DNA of 64,000 nucleotides, taken from positions 811,047-875,046 of the forward strand of contig JAWQFM010000027.1 of the NCBI GenBank assembly GCA_033442325.1, given 5' to 3'. Positions 37,858-63,220 of the stretch are shown here, in pieces. Positions within the stretch are counted from its first letter, which is position 1. Each line of letters begins with the position of its first letter. Below the pieces are notes generated by a model. That model did not search any database and was not told where the DNA came from. It saw only the letters and a list, made by a program, of their open reading frames with translations. Source of the DNA: Salpingoeca rosetta (taxonomy: Eukaryota; Protista; Choanoflagellata). The position numbers and the translations under genes were made by a program.

Positions 37858-38562
37858 CATGCAACAACCATCCCCCACACACATACACAATGGTTTACGT
37901 GTTGTTTGTGCGGGCGCGCTTACATCAATACGACTCGCTTTGACGCCCATCCCATCTGCGGCGCAGGCGCAACGCAGGAGATCTTTGGGTGCATCGCCGA
38001 CGAGAATGTGACGGCAGAGAAGCCGACGTTCCTGATTCCAATCGAGAAGATTAAGGAAGACTTTCTCAACCGCGCAGCCGTCTCCGACTTTTCAGTCTGC
38101 AAGGAGCAGATCCAGGTGTGCGTGCGTGTGTGCGCGTGTATGCGTGTTGTTCGTGTGTGCGTGTTGTTCGTATGTGCGTGTGTGTTGTGATGTTTGTGTG
38201 GTCGTTCTCGCAGCTGCTCGCACTTGCGTTTGTGTCATTCATCTTCATGAGTTGGTTCTCACATCCTTTCCGACGCGATTGTGTCTTTGTTCACAGGCGT
38301 ATGACGGTGAGGAGCTGTTGGTGGTGTATGATCCCGATTTCACCTTTGAGACAAACTTCATCGTCTGTCTCACGGAACAGGCAAAGGGAGATTATTACCA
38401 GGTACAGCAGTGGCAGGACACGAGGGTGGGGTGGGAGACAAGCAAAGGCGTGTCGAGGTGTTGGGGGCACAGTTGTTGTTTGTTTGTTTCCATGTCATGT
38501 CGGTGGTTCACGTCAGCGTGCATCGTATTCTGAGATTGGCCAACACTGCCTCATACATGTTC

Positions 38563-38639
<77 letters not shown>

Positions 38640-41600
38640 ATCACACACAAACAATCACACCACAAACACCCCCCCCCCCCACACACACACACCACTTAAC
38701 AGCGCGTTGCAGCTGTGGTGCAGAAAGCGGAGGAAGAGCGGAAGAAGAAGCAAGCGGGCGGAGATGGCGGGGAGGAGTGGAGCGAGGATATGGAGGGCGT
38801 TCCAATGCCGACAAAGAAGAAGAGACGACCCCCCGCCCCGTGGGTGTCGCTTGGCTCGGAGCATGAGGTGGACGATGCAAAGTGCACACCGTCGCGCCCC
38901 CCGGTGAGTTGGCACACACAAGGCGAAGAAGCACGGTAGATGCCTGTGTATGGTGACGGCTGCGTGGATGAATGGACGGATGGATGGATGGATTGGTGAC
39001 TGGGTTGTGTTCAAGCGCACGTGTATCTGTGTGTGTGTGCGTGTGTGGGTGTGTGTGTGCCTGTCTGTCTGTCTCTCTTTGTGTGCTTGGCTTGTATGAA
39101 TTGTTTTTGAAACCTGCAAACCATCGCCATGGGTGGTCAGCTGGCCATGCCACCCTTTCAACACTACCAACCTTCAAGTCACCGGCATTTGTTTCCACCC
39201 ACCCACCCACCAACCAACCAACCAACCATCCATCCATGTTTTTGCACCCCCACGCTCTTCAGATCTGCCTGCTTGTGTCCCGCAAGCGGCGGCTGTTTGG
39301 AGCGCCTCGCACCTTCCATGACGCAATTTTCGACTCCGAACACGAGTTCCCACCAAACACGGAATACAAGGTGCACCAGGCAGCTGCGTGGTTTACTGTT
39401 GAAGTGGGTGTTGCTGGTCCTTTTCGATGCATGTTACACGCGTGATCAACTGCCTCAGCCCCGCGCCCTCTTCTCTCACCACACCAACTTCACCACCAAA
39501 CTCCATGTATCCATGTATCCATTTCCACCAACCACGCCACCCTCCCCTCAGTCCCAGCCCCCCATTGAGGACGCGCCACCACCACTGCACCGCCGCCTCA
39601 TGGACGCCGGGGCACAGGCCATCCCAGACACCGCACACACCACCACCCAGACAACATGGTGCGCCTGGCTGGATGTGTGTTGCGTTGGTTGTGTCGTGCG
39701 TGCATGTGTGTCGGTCGTTGAGAGTGATGGATGCACCAGTCCAGCACAACACCACGAACACCACTGACAATCATCATCATCACCACCACCACTGCACACC
39801 GCTGCAGGTACGCCCATCGCAACGCGAGTACACAGTGGCGACCGCGCACAACAGCCGACGCCGCTGCTGGACCCGATGGCGCTGATGACGATGGTATTCC
39901 GAGGACAGACGACGATTATCGCCAGATGGCAAAGGCGATTGAGACGGCATACGGCAGGTTGGTTGACTCGATGCAGTTGGGGGACTGGAGGGAAGAGGAA
40001 GGGGGAGGGGGGCCGTTGTGGGGCAGCTGGTGTTGGTGGTGTTAGTGGTGCTGGTGTTGTTAATGCTGTTGTGGGGCAGCTGGTGTTGGTGTTGTAAGTG
40101 GTGCTGGTGTTGTTAATGCTGTTGTGGGGCAGCTGGTGTTGGTGGTGTTAGTGGTGCTGGTGTTGTTAATGCTGTTGTGGGGCAGCTGGTGTTGGTGGTG
40201 TTAGTGGTGCTGGTGTTGTTAATGCTGTTGCGTGGCAGCCGGTGTTGGTGTTGTAAGTGGTGCTGGTGTTGTGTTTGGTGTTGCGATAAAGTTTGCTCGG
40301 TGCCTGAGGTGCAGAGTGTTCCTGCTGTCACACACACTCACACTGGATGATGCGTGTGCCATCTACCGTTGCGCCGTTGTTTGCGTTTTTTTTTTGTTTT
40401 GCCTGCAAGGATCCGTCCCTTTCTGCTGCAGAACAGCGTAATCAACGTGCACGTGGATGATTTCCTGCACCTCCGCGGCGACAAGCTCGTTGCGCTCGGC
40501 ACGAAAGCAGACAGCGCCCTCAAGGTACACGTGGCCGTGCAAGCGTGTGGCGTTTTGTTGTTTGGGGGTGGGGGGAGGTGTTGGAGGTTTGGGGTGGCGT
40601 GTTGGGATTGTTGTGTGTGTTTGTGTGTTTTGTTCGTGTCTGTTCAAGAGTGTGCACTGCCACATGCGTGATTTATTCCGGTTGAGTAGCAATGGCAACT
40701 TTTGCTCACACACATTCACTCACACACACACACACACACACACAAATACGACTCATCTCAACCACAACAACTGCAGGAGTTTCAATCATTCAAGTTTATG
40801 AACTTTGGCAATTCGCGGGTTGTGTCGAGTGTTGACTGGCACCCCACAGAGTCTGGCGTCATTGCTGTTGCGTACAGCAAACCCGTGACCCTGCAGGAAC
40901 GTGTCACGTCCGAGAAACCAAACGAGAAATCACGTATTCTCGTCTGGGGACTCTCAGACCCAATCCAACCAAAGGTGTGTGCGCGCGCATGTGTGTGTGT
41001 GTGTGTGCGTGTGCGTGTGCGTGTGTGCGTGCGTATGTGTGTGTGCGTATGTGTGTGTGTGCACGCGTGTGCGGGTGTGTGTGTGTGTGTGTGTGTGCGT
41101 ATGTGTGTGTGTGTGCACGCGCGCGCAAGTGTGTCTACATGTGCACTCAATAGAGTGTGTAGATGCACTCTCACCCACCTTGACACTCACGTCGCCGTCG
41201 TCACAACATCTCCACCCCCACCACTGCCATCAATCACCACGTGCGCAGATCATTCTTGAGGCGCCGGACGACGTCTTGAGCGTGAAGTTCTGTCCAACAC
41301 ACCCCAACATCGTCGTGGCAGGGTGCTTCAATGGGCAGCTCGCTGTGTTTGATCTCGGCAAGCAAGGCCGCCGCCTCAATTCAGGCAGCGTGCGGGTGCG
41401 AATGACTGGTGGTGGTGGTGGAAGGGAGTGATGCCGGAGGAGGGGAAGCGTTCGCGTGTACACGTTCATGTACTCCTGTGTGCTTGTGTGTGGGTGTGCG
41501 TTTGTGTGTGCTTGTGTTTATGTATGTATGTGTGTGTGCTTGTTGTTGTCCTTGTTGAAGGGTGGTCGTTTACAACGCAAACACTGCTGCCGGATCGTCG

Positions 41601-42049
41601 TTACACGTGGGCAGATGCACGCCAACACCTCATGCCACACCTCTCCCCTTCCCCTCGTCCCCATTCTGATTCTCCGCAGTCCTCCGACTCGTCCGGGTCG
41701 CAGGAGATTGTATTGCGTCATGTCGCGCTGTCTGAGATTGATGACGGCCACCGCGCGCCCATCACCGATGTGCAGTGGCTGCCGCACGTGTGCGACGTGT
41801 CTGCCTCTGGCGCCATGACGCAAGAAGACATGCCCCCTGCCCACACGTACCAGCTCATGTCGTGCGCGGCGGACGGCACGTGTCTAATCTGGGATGTGCG
41901 CGGCGAAGACAAGCTGCCCAGCATCAACCTCAAGGCCCTCGACCTCGTCTGGAAACCACTCGTCAAGGTGTGGCAGGATAGGGGGGCGGGGGGGGGAGTT
42001 GGAAGAGGAGCGTTCAGGGGGTTATGGGGGTTGGGGGTTGGGGTGCATC

Positions 42050-42096
<47 letters not shown>

Positions 42097-42644
42097 GACT
42101 GTGTGTGTGTGTGTATGTGCCGACTGTGTGTGTCGATTGTGTCCATTGGTTGTGTGTGTGCTGTTAGTTATGTGACGGCATGTTCGTGCGCAGCAATTGC
42201 GGTGTTGAATACCGTGCACCTGCCCATCCATGACTCGCTTGCCCTGAACATCCAACCGCCCACCATCCACCGTTGTGGTGCACAGGTGTATCTGTCGTCG
42301 GATGCTGCTGGGGAGGTGATGGCCAGCAAGTTTGCGCTCTACACCACACACCGTGACTTTGTGGCCGAACGAGGTACGCTGTTCCAAACACACGCACACT
42401 CACATATGAATCCTCTCGTAGAGCGATTGCGTTTGTCCCTTGCGTATGGTTTACCTGTATCCCTTCTATTTCTCTAACTGCTGTTCCTTGATTGATACGT
42501 GCTCCCGTCCCATATCGTTCCATCGCTTCGCCATTCATCATCCCGTCGCTCCATCGCAGCGCCCGATCTGAGCATGACCACAGAGCTCTGTGTTGCAACA
42601 GAGGTTCGTGTTCCTGCGTGAGAATTGATGCGTGCATGTCTGTC

Positions 42645-42700
<56 letters not shown>

Positions 42701-44262
42701 TGTGAATGTGTGTGTGTGTGTTTGGCTTGGGTGTCGTCCAAACGATTCCGTTGCACAGCAAGCAATCGCTCTTTTCTCCCCATGAATCCAATCATCTCAT
42801 CGCCCTCTCCACCCCACCCCTCTCTTCCTTCTTGTGTCTGTGCGAGCAGCAAGGACAGCTGCATTTCTTGGACTGGCGCCGACCGGAAACAGATTCCGGA
42901 AAACTCGGCGGTAAAACCAACGCGGACATGTTTGCGGGATTTCTTGCTTGATTGGTTGTAGTGTTTTAGTTGATGCATGTCTGGTGACATTGCAGCCTTC
43001 GCTTTGATCATGCTATCTCCACCCCTCACACTGATTCGTGTCACCACCACGACCACGACCACAATCTTCACCATCACAACCACCACCACCACCACCACTA
43101 CAACCATCACAACCATCATGACCGCCACCATCATTATTCCCGTCTGCAGTCCAGCAGATCCGCACGACAGTGGACGCGCACGGCGGCGCCTGCACCTCTG
43201 TTGCGGTCGGTGGCAATGGTGGTGCTGCTGGTCATGATCGTGCTTAATGAAGTGTCACTTGTGTACACAGCAGGTGCATGCGCACACACGTACACACATG
43301 GATGCATGTTACGAACAACAACACCACAAGGCACGCAACGCCGCCCACCCATTCCACCACCCAACTCATATCCCCCTCTCTCCTCCTCCTCCAACGCTAC
43401 AGCGGTCGCCGTTCTTCCCGGCGCTGCTGCTCTCTGTTGGCGGATCGTCCATTTCGCTCTGGCACGACAAGTCCTCCACGCCCATCCTCACACACCGCCT
43501 CCCATGTACGCGCCGCCTGCGTTGGTGCTTGAATGGCTTGTGGTGGTGGTGGTGTGTGTGTGTGTGTGTTTGGGTTGTGTGCATGTGTTCGTGTGCATGA
43601 GCGATCGACGTCAACGTGCACAAACACACACACACAAACACACACATACACACACATACACACACACAAACACACACATACACACACCCAACTTGTCTTC
43701 ATACATTCACCACCGGCTGGTTGGCTGCACTGCCTGCAGGCATGGCACGCCCCGTTGCCGGGTGCTGGAGCCTGCATCGGCCAGGCGTGTTCTTCATTGC
43801 CCGTGCTGACGGCAGCGTGGACGTGTGGGATTTCCTGGACACGTCGTACAAACCGTCGCTCACACAGTCCATCTGCGCCCCAACATCACTCACCACGCTC
43901 GCGGCGGGCGAGATCTCAACCTGTACGTTGCCACTGCGTTGTCGCTGTACCGTCATGTGGTGTGCTGGGTTGCTTTGTGTACGTGTGTGCGCATGCGTGG
44001 CGTGCGTGCATGTGCGTGTATGCATGAAGAGATTCGCAGTGTGCAAAGAAGCGTTGTGCATCGTTCGCGATGCATGTCATTCAGCCCACGCTACCTTATC
44101 TGCTTTCGTCTCAACCCCCATCACCACGACACGACACCTCGTCATCACCACGAAACAGCCTCGTCACGCGGTCGCTTGTTCTTCCTCGCTGCTGGAGACG
44201 TGAACGGCAGCACACACATCATCGACCTTCCAAAGACGCTCATCCATCCCGTCGCAAACGAG
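37093..44262 (+). CDS. DNAI3: Inner-arm dynein f intermediate chain WDR63/IC140, interrupted by gap; probable terminal coding segment ends at 45597
   Basis: [14 protein letters not shown]...[12 protein letters not shown]...[23 protein letters not shown] repeats (VDWHP, ILVW...[60 protein letters not shown]). About 150-aa low-complexity N-terminus. Confidence 0.92.
40015..40272 (+). repeat. 53-bp minisatellite, ~4.9 copies, in DNAI3 intron
   Basis: Unit GTTGTGGGGCAGCTGGTGTTGGTGGTGTTAGTGGTGCTGGTGTTGTTAATGCT starts at 40015, 40068, 40121, 40174 and 40227. Confidence 0.95.
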
Positions 44263-44447
44263 GTGTGACGACATGGCTGGTTGCTGGGTGGAGGATGGGC
44301 GCAGACAGGGGGGGGGGGGAGGCAGGTGTGATGCGATGGGCGTGAACTGCTGTATCATTCTCTGACACACACACACACACACACATACACACATACACAC
44401 GAACGCATGCACGCACACACACACACACACGAACGCAATATCAGAGT

Positions 44448-44547
44448 NNNNNNNNNNNNNNNNNNNNNNNNNNNNNNNNNNNNNNNNNNNNNNNNNNNNN
44501 NNNNNNNNNNNNNNNNNNNNNNNNNNNNNNNNNNNNNNNNNNNNNNN
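44448..44547. other. Assembly gap (100 N, probably unknown size)
   Basis: N characters. Confidence 1.
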
Positions 44548-45168
44548 CGATGCAGCGCGTGCTGCGGTATCCGCTGTTGTTGAAGGAGCTCGTCAAATTG
44601 ACGGCGGCGGAGGACCCGCGCCTGGAAGCCCTGCAGTCCGCACTCAGCACAACGCAGGACGTCGCAAAACACGTCAATGAGTGCAAGCACGACATTGAGA
44701 ACTACGGTGCGCTCGCACTGGGTGCTGCTCAAGGGGGCGTTGGTGGTCTGAATTGAACGCATGTTCACGGTGTTGATGCCGCTTGCTGTCGTGCAATTAG
44801 GGGGCGGGATGGGAAGATGAGGAATGGCGGGCTGGTGTTGCCCTCACCCTTCTAACTCATTACACATGTATTTGTGTGCATGTGTGCATGTGTGTCTGCA
44901 ACAGCTATTGTACAGCGGCTTGAGCACACCTTAAAAGACTATGTCGTCGGCACGAGTGGCTGTGTTCCATTGGTAAGTCGGAACACAGTGCATGCAGCCC
45001 AGAGTACACACTGCTCGCTCACTCACTCACACATACACACACGCACACTCACTCACTCACTCAACTGCAGGTCGATCACGGGCGGCTGCTAATTGACGGC
45101 GATGTGAAGCTCCGGTTGGAGAGTGATGGCCGCGCAGCAAGAAGGTTTGACCCACATCCATGCTCCCT

Positions 45169-45242
<74 letters not shown>

Positions 45243-45597
45243 ACGCACACACAACTGCGCACGTGCCCCAACTCCTCTATGACATACTCATACACATCCG
45301 TGACAATTCACCAGGTACATTTTCTTGTTCCAGCGAGTGATGCTGGTGGTGCAGGTGCTCAGCTCGCTCCGGGCAACAAACGACGACGACAGCGAGGGGC
45401 AGGGTGGCGCTGGTGGTGTTGGTGCCACCATGCAGGCTGGCGGGGACGTGACGCTTGTAGTCCCTGGCGGCGATGCTGCTGCGGACCATAAGCGGGAGCT
45501 GCGTGCTGTGTATGAGGAGTTTAAGAAGACGGAGAAGGACTTCCTGGTGCAGGTTGGCCTGCGAACCGAGGGCGATGAGGAGGAGGACATGGCGTGA
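44548..45597 (+). CDS. Vav-like RhoGEF fragment (end of DH domain, first PH strands) running in frame into a DNAI3-like C-terminal helix
   Basis: Exons 44548-44706, 44905-44972, 45071-45144 and 45315-45597: MQRVLRYPLLLKELVK...HVNECKHD...HGRLLIDGDVK...RRYIFLFQRVMLVV...ELRAVYEEFKKTEKDFLVQVGL...*. Confidence 0.75.
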
Positions 45598-45703
45598 TGA
45601 TTTTGGTGACTTGATCGTGATTGTGGATGCGTTGGTGGTGGTGGCGTTGGTGGTGGTGGTGGTGGTGGTGGTGGTGGCGGCGGTGGTTTTGCTGCGATAC
45701 CAC

Positions 45704-45816
<113 letters not shown>

Positions 45817-46307
45817 GCGTCAACGTGTCTGCCACCACGGCTGTGTTTCCATTTGCGTTTGACACTGCGTTTGGCACCGTGCGTATGTGCGGATGTGCGA
45901 GTGAGCTTCATGTCTTGTGAGTCGTTTGCACCCAACATAAACAAGAGTCTGCAATGCCAGTTGTGTGCGCGTGTGTGAGAGAGTGAGAGAGTGATCGATA
46001 GTGTTTCAGGCGACCTTCATCCTGTTCACCACACCGTGCGCTCAGTACCTTGTGTTGTCTCGTGTTGTTTATGGTGACACATAAAAAAAAAGATTGATGA
46101 TAAGACGAAGAGTGGTGTCGGGTGGTAGTAACTGTCGGTGGCGTAACACAGTGCAGTGCGCTGCGAACACATTGAATGAGGCACTCGCTGGCACATGAGA
46201 TGACGATCACAACGGGAATGTCAAGTTGCCTGCTCCTTTCGATGCTGCAGATAACGAATTCGTTGCTGATGTCGTTGGTGTTGGTGTTGTTCGAGTCGTG
46301 GTGCTGG

Positions 46308-46577
46308 TTAGATGAGTCGCTTGGGATCAAATGCGCGAATGTCCACAGATGTTGCGGCGCCGCTGGTCAAAAACTCTGCAGACACAGGGGGCGATGTGAG
46401 GTCACAACAAGTGACGCAACTTTGGTTCACCGCACACTGGACAGACAGAGACACTCACAGACAGACAGCAAGGCAGACAGATGGAGAGACAAGAGAGACA
46501 GAGAGACAGAGAGACAGACACACACAGACACAGACACACACACAGACACAGACACAGACACAGACACACAGACACAG

Positions 46578-46608
<31 letters not shown>

Positions 46609-47763
46609 GACACACACACACACAGACAGACACACACACACACACACACAAAGACACACACAAAGACACACTCGCTTTCTCCGTCTCCACACGGACCTGC
46701 CATTGCACGCCCCGTTGAAGGGGACATGAGGATCCCCCAGCAGGAGTGACCGGCAGCGACGTAGAGGCCACTGCACAGCTCCCCGATAGCAGGCAGGCCA
46801 TCCGGACTGATGGGAAGGTAGCATGCCTGGGTTGTCTCCGGCACAAGCCCGTGCAGGTGGGACGACAGGCGGCCAGCAATCTCACGGAGGGCCTCGCATC
46901 GCCCTGCGCTTGGTGTGATGTCGCCTGCAGACGGCGGGAGAGGCGTGTTGTCGCCGCACCCGCACACATACACAGACCCATCTAGTAAAGGCGGATGCAA
47001 GTGGACACAGAGGCGTGTGGTGCAAGGTGTATGTGCGTGTATGTGTGTGCGTGTGTGTGTGTGTGAGGTATTGAACGAGACGTGTGCAATGGCAGACAGA
47101 CAGATAGATAGACAGACACACACACACACACAGACACACACACACACACGCAGACACACACACGCAGACACACAGACACACACACGCAGACACGGACCTG
47201 GTCGCGGGTAAATCTCAGGGTGCTCCATCTTGCCTTTGTCCGAGTAGCCGATAAACACCGCTGTGGCGTCGATGCCGCTGTCTTGTGGTGGCCGCAGGAC
47301 AATCGAGTGAGCCTTGTCGCCCGTAATGTCAGGGACGCTGCGCAGCCACTCTCGTGCCACGTGTGTCCACGGTCCCATTGCAAGCACCACTTTCGGCGCC
47401 CGCAGCTCTTGCCCGCTTGCCAGCCGCACCCCAGTAATGCGGGGGTTCCTCGCATCTGCGGTGGCATCTGCGGTTGTGGTTGCCTCGCCACCTTTCCCTT
47501 CTCTGCCGTCACCGTCACCCTCGGCAGTGATCAGGCCGGTTACCTCCTCCTCCACAAGCACAGCACCACGGCTCTGCGCAGCCTGCATCAGCGCACGAAC
47601 AAACTTGCCCTGGTCGAGTACATGCAAATGCAGTGAGAGGCGGGGCTGCACAGCAGCAATGGACCAGCGGAGAGCTAAGCAGGGAGAAACACGAGAGCAC
47701 ACGCACACACACACACACATACACACACACACGCACACACACACACACACACACGCACGCACA

Positions 47764-47849
<86 letters not shown>

Positions 47850-48302
47850 CACACACACACACACACGACCACACCGTACCGGGGTGACTTGGGCTGTTGT
47901 TTCTGGAGTGCCAAGGACCTGCTCCTTGGAGGAGGAGCCATCAATCCAAGGCGTGCTCTTTGTGCGTACTTTGTCCTTTGACCTCGTAAAGTGCTTGACA
48001 GCGATGGTGTTGAGCCGCCGGTACTCCCACGGGTTGTCGTGTTCCTCCGCAAGGGAGGCGTGCAAGTCGAAGCCCGCCCGAGCTAGCGCCTCTGTGGGCC
48101 CGCCATCGCACCAGTCTCTCGCCAAGAAGCCACCGGCCTTCCCGCTCGCCGCGCAAGCCACCCCTGTCTTCTCAACCACTGCCACGCGACGCCCAAGCGA
48201 GCTCAGGTAGTACGCCGTGCACACCCCAACCGCCCCTCCACCCACCACCACCACATCAACACCACCACCACCACTTCTTCTGGTCTGCTCCTCGTCGCTC
48301 AT
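46308..48302 (-). CDS. FAD-dependent oxidoreductase, DAO family (TDA3/BTN3-like), 5 exons
   Basis: [10 protein letters not shown] Rossmann motif, [55 protein letters not shown]; ends FDPKRLI*. Confidence 0.92.
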
Positions 48303-49368
48303 CACGTAACCGCTTTGACTCGCTTGGTGAAATGAAAGAATGTCCGGCCAACCACCGGCGGGCGAGCCACCTTCAAATACAACAGCACAAAGTGCATTGG
48401 TTTTGTCCGATGAAAATCCGAGGGCATCTTTCGATTTATTTCCTTTCGGCGGGCGTCGCTTGCACAACCGCAAAACACACGGACACCCGCCAGCCAGCCA
48501 GCCAGAGCACAACAAGCAAAAAAAACCAGACAACAACAAACGCCTATCTTCTCCTCCTGTGTTGGTGTGGTGGTGCCACGATTGTCTTTGTGGTCTTGCT
48601 TTGGCCTTGGAGGGGGCTGCTGTAAACAGTGCCACGACCACCCGTTGGCTACCTTCAGTGCACACACGAGACATCGACACACGTGTTGTATTGATTGTGT
48701 GTGCGTGTGTGCGCGCGCGGTGTTTTGTTTTGTTGTGTGAACAGCAGCAACACTAGGCCGTTGAAACAGAGTCCGGTCTTGTGGTGTGTGTGTTTTGTTC
48801 ACGTCCGGGGGATTTGCTTGCGCACCAGCTTTACTGCGCTCCACTCCGCTCCACTGACACTGCCAGACCCGTTGACTTGGTGTTGGGTTGTTTTGCATCG
48901 CTTTCGTCGCTTTGGACAAGTTTTGGTCCGTGTGACGGCCCCCCCCCTTCCCCATCGCGGTCTCAACGGCCCATTGGCGACAAACCAGACAGAACACGAG
49001 TCACATTTCTCAGCTTCATTCACCTCAGGTACATGTCTCAAGCGTTTCGTGTTCTCTGCATCTGCTCGGGTTCTTCACGTTCTTGTTTTGTTGTTGTTCT
49101 GCATGTGGGTGCATCGTCGACAGTGAAACGCCATGCAAGATGCCATGCGCATCCATTTTGCTGTGGTCGCAGCCTTGTTTGCTGGCCTGCAGATTCCTTT
49201 GATCACCCCGCATGCACGTGCCTGCTCTCATTGCAATGTTCCTGCTCTCATTGTGGCCCTCGACTCACGCACGTTCGTTGCCTGCGTTGTGCGTTTGGTG
49301 GATGATGTGTATTTGACCTTGAGCAGCCCTTTGGTGTGAATTGATAAGCGCTTTCACGAATCAGCAGC

Positions 49369-57829
<8,461 letters not shown>

Positions 57830-58351
57830 TTGAACTGCCCCCACTGGTGGTAGTTGGTAGTTGGTCTTGGTGTGTTGTTGTCATTCTGTTGTTTCATTTT
57901 CATTGTTCATTCCATATAGTTGGTCTAGATGAGTCGCGTTAACGCCAAATCGAGTGGTGGTGTTCCTTCGTTTGTTCGTTGGTTGGTTGGTTGGTTGGCG
58001 AGAGTGCACCTCTTGCATGTGTCATGTGGTTGTACTTGCCCCCCCCACCCCCGGGATTGTTGTTGCACTCCTCTCATTTGCATGTGCGTTGAGGGCACGT
58101 TGTTCTGTTCAGTCCATGGAGTTCTAATTGCAGCATGGTGATGAAAATGCCATACATATGTACACGAGATATGACAACGGAGGTACTTGTGCATGAAATG
58201 AACAAAACACGAGAGACAAAAAGAAAACCGCTGCTGCCGCGGGTGAGGCCACAGCAGCAGCACACAAATCCAACACTTCCAACATCACATGACTCGAAAA
58301 ATGGCCTTTGTCTTGTGCGTGGCTTCCGAGGTGTCATTGATCCTCAATTTC

Positions 58352-61202
<2,851 letters not shown>

Positions 61203-61392
61203 CGTTCCTGTTGCGCTTGGTGTGTCAGATCGAGAGACGAAGGAGGGCAGATGAAAGGGGGAGGGGGGAGGGGGGTGTTGTGAGAGGCGACGACACCACG
61301 TTCACCACCGTTGCGGTAATGACGATTACTGGCGAAAGATTCCCACAACTTTTCAGGAAGGACAAGTGGAAGAAGTTGACAACACAGCAAGC

Positions 61393-62873
61393 ATGAGCAT
61401 CAACTCCATGCGAGCACAGCGAGGTGTGTGAACGTGCGTGCATGTGAGCATGTGAGCATGTGTGAGCATGTGTGTGTGTGTGTGTGAGCATGTGTGTGTA
61501 TGTGTGTGTGTGTGCATATGTGTGTGTGTGTGTGTGGCTTGAGTGATGGGAACGCTGGCGGCATCACGTTGGAAATACATTTTGGCACTTGTTCACATCA
61601 ACTCAAACACAACAACACAAACACACGCGCGCGTATCAACACACAGCGACCCGGGATGCGGGCCGGCTCGTGTGTGCCATGGCGCACCAGCCCTCGCTCG
61701 GACTGTATTACGTTCAAGAACACATTCGATCCTCTGTGCCGCGCATGATGTCCCTCCAGGTGTGTGTATGTGTGTGTACTAGAGTGCTAGAGTGTGCTGG
61801 TGTGTTTGCTCACGTGTGTGCGTGTATGTACTAGAGTGTGCTTGTGTGTTTGCTCACGTGTGTGCGTGTGTGTACTAGAGTGTGTGTGTGGGTTTGCTCA
61901 TGTGTGCGCGCGTTTGTGTGTGTGTGTGCCAGAGTGTGCTGGTGTGGTTGCTGGATATGCAGCACGAGTCCACTCGTTTTACTGGCCGAACTTTTTCTCA
62001 TCACGGTGGTCATTGCTGTGACAGGACAAGATTGAGGCGCAGGCGGCAGACATTGAAGGAGAGGTGATGGACCTGGAGTACTCCAACACGTAAGCACAAC
62101 ACCAACAAACGACTGTCCACCAGCCCCTTTCATTGACACATGGCACACCTTTCTGTTGTTTGTTATTCGATCAAACCATCGTCAACTCACCTCATTCTCG
62201 TGTTCGTCCACGCATCCGTTTCGCCAGTGTGCTGGAGACCATGTCAACCATTCCGCACTTTGACAACTTGCAGGTTTGATGAACTGCAAGTGTGTGTGTG
62301 TATGTGATTGGGTGGGCTTGCATGTTTAGTTCTCGCTCTGTCGTTCCACGTCCGCCCCCCCCCCCCGTGTCAATTCGAGCAACCGGCCAGCTGTCTTTAT
62401 CATCGTTACCACTTACAATGTCATCACTGTTGCACGTCCACTCACTGTCGTTGTTCCTCCAACCCACCGTGAAATTGCGTGACTCCTTCTACTTTCGGCA
62501 CCAGCGCCACCTCGACGCTGCGCTGGCTGAGGTGGACCCGTCGTCGGTACACGCTGACGAAGAGACGCAGGCGTTCCTGCAGCAGCTGCCGTCCATGTCC
62601 CACGCGCCATCACCACAGCGGCGGCCGCGCGAGCAGCAACAGCAGGAAGTGGGGGTGGAGGAGGAGAAGGAGGAGAAGGGTGGGGAGCAACAAGAGAAAA
62701 AGGAGAACGAAGGGCACCAACAACAGCAACAGCAACAGCAGCAGCAACAGCAGCAGCAACAAGAGCAACAAGGGGAGCAGGTGCAGGAAGGAAGTGAAAG
62801 CGGGCACATCGGTGAAAGACAGACAGACGTATCCGTGTCACAGCAACCAGGCGAAGAGGAGGAGGGGAAGTGA
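61393..62873 (+). CDS. BORCS8: BORC subunit 8 (MEF2BNB)-like, 5 exons, Gln/Glu-rich tail
   Basis: Spliced [42 protein letters not shown]...DLEYS...F resembles the recalled BORCS8 motif LANEPSVALYRLQEHVRRSLP. Confidence 0.85.
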
Positions 62874-63152
62874 GTTGCACCACAATTGTGGCGGCGTGTG
62901 TGTGCTGTTGTGTGTGTGCGTGTTTGCGTGCGTTATTGTACACCCACCAACGCATGATGTAGATATGAGACCCAATTCAATAAACAAAAGCTGTATTGTG
63001 GCACTACTATCGAGGTCAAAACCCACAACACAGACACACATTCACACGTACGCATAGACACGTATGTCCCCTGTCGCGCATTGCGTCTCTGTCTCAGTCT
63101 TAGCGTTGATACTCTCACGACGTATTCCGTCATCATTAACCATTACCATCAC

Positions 63153-63193
<41 letters not shown>

Positions 63194-63220
63194 CCATCAC
63201 CATCATCACCATCACCATCA

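Noticed and set aside
40015-40272. Regular repeats resembling a CRISPR array
   Set aside because: Head-to-tail tandem units without unique spacers, inside a eukaryotic intron.
45490-45552. RAVYEEFKKTEKDFL as the first helix of a second DH domain
   Set aside because: No downstream DH exons; a stop follows, and the pattern fits the WDR63 C-terminus better. Not fully excluded.
48303-48680. In-frame N-terminal extension of the FAD oxidoreductase
   Set aside because: Homology starts just after Met at 48302; the upstream stretch looks like leader/promoter sequence.
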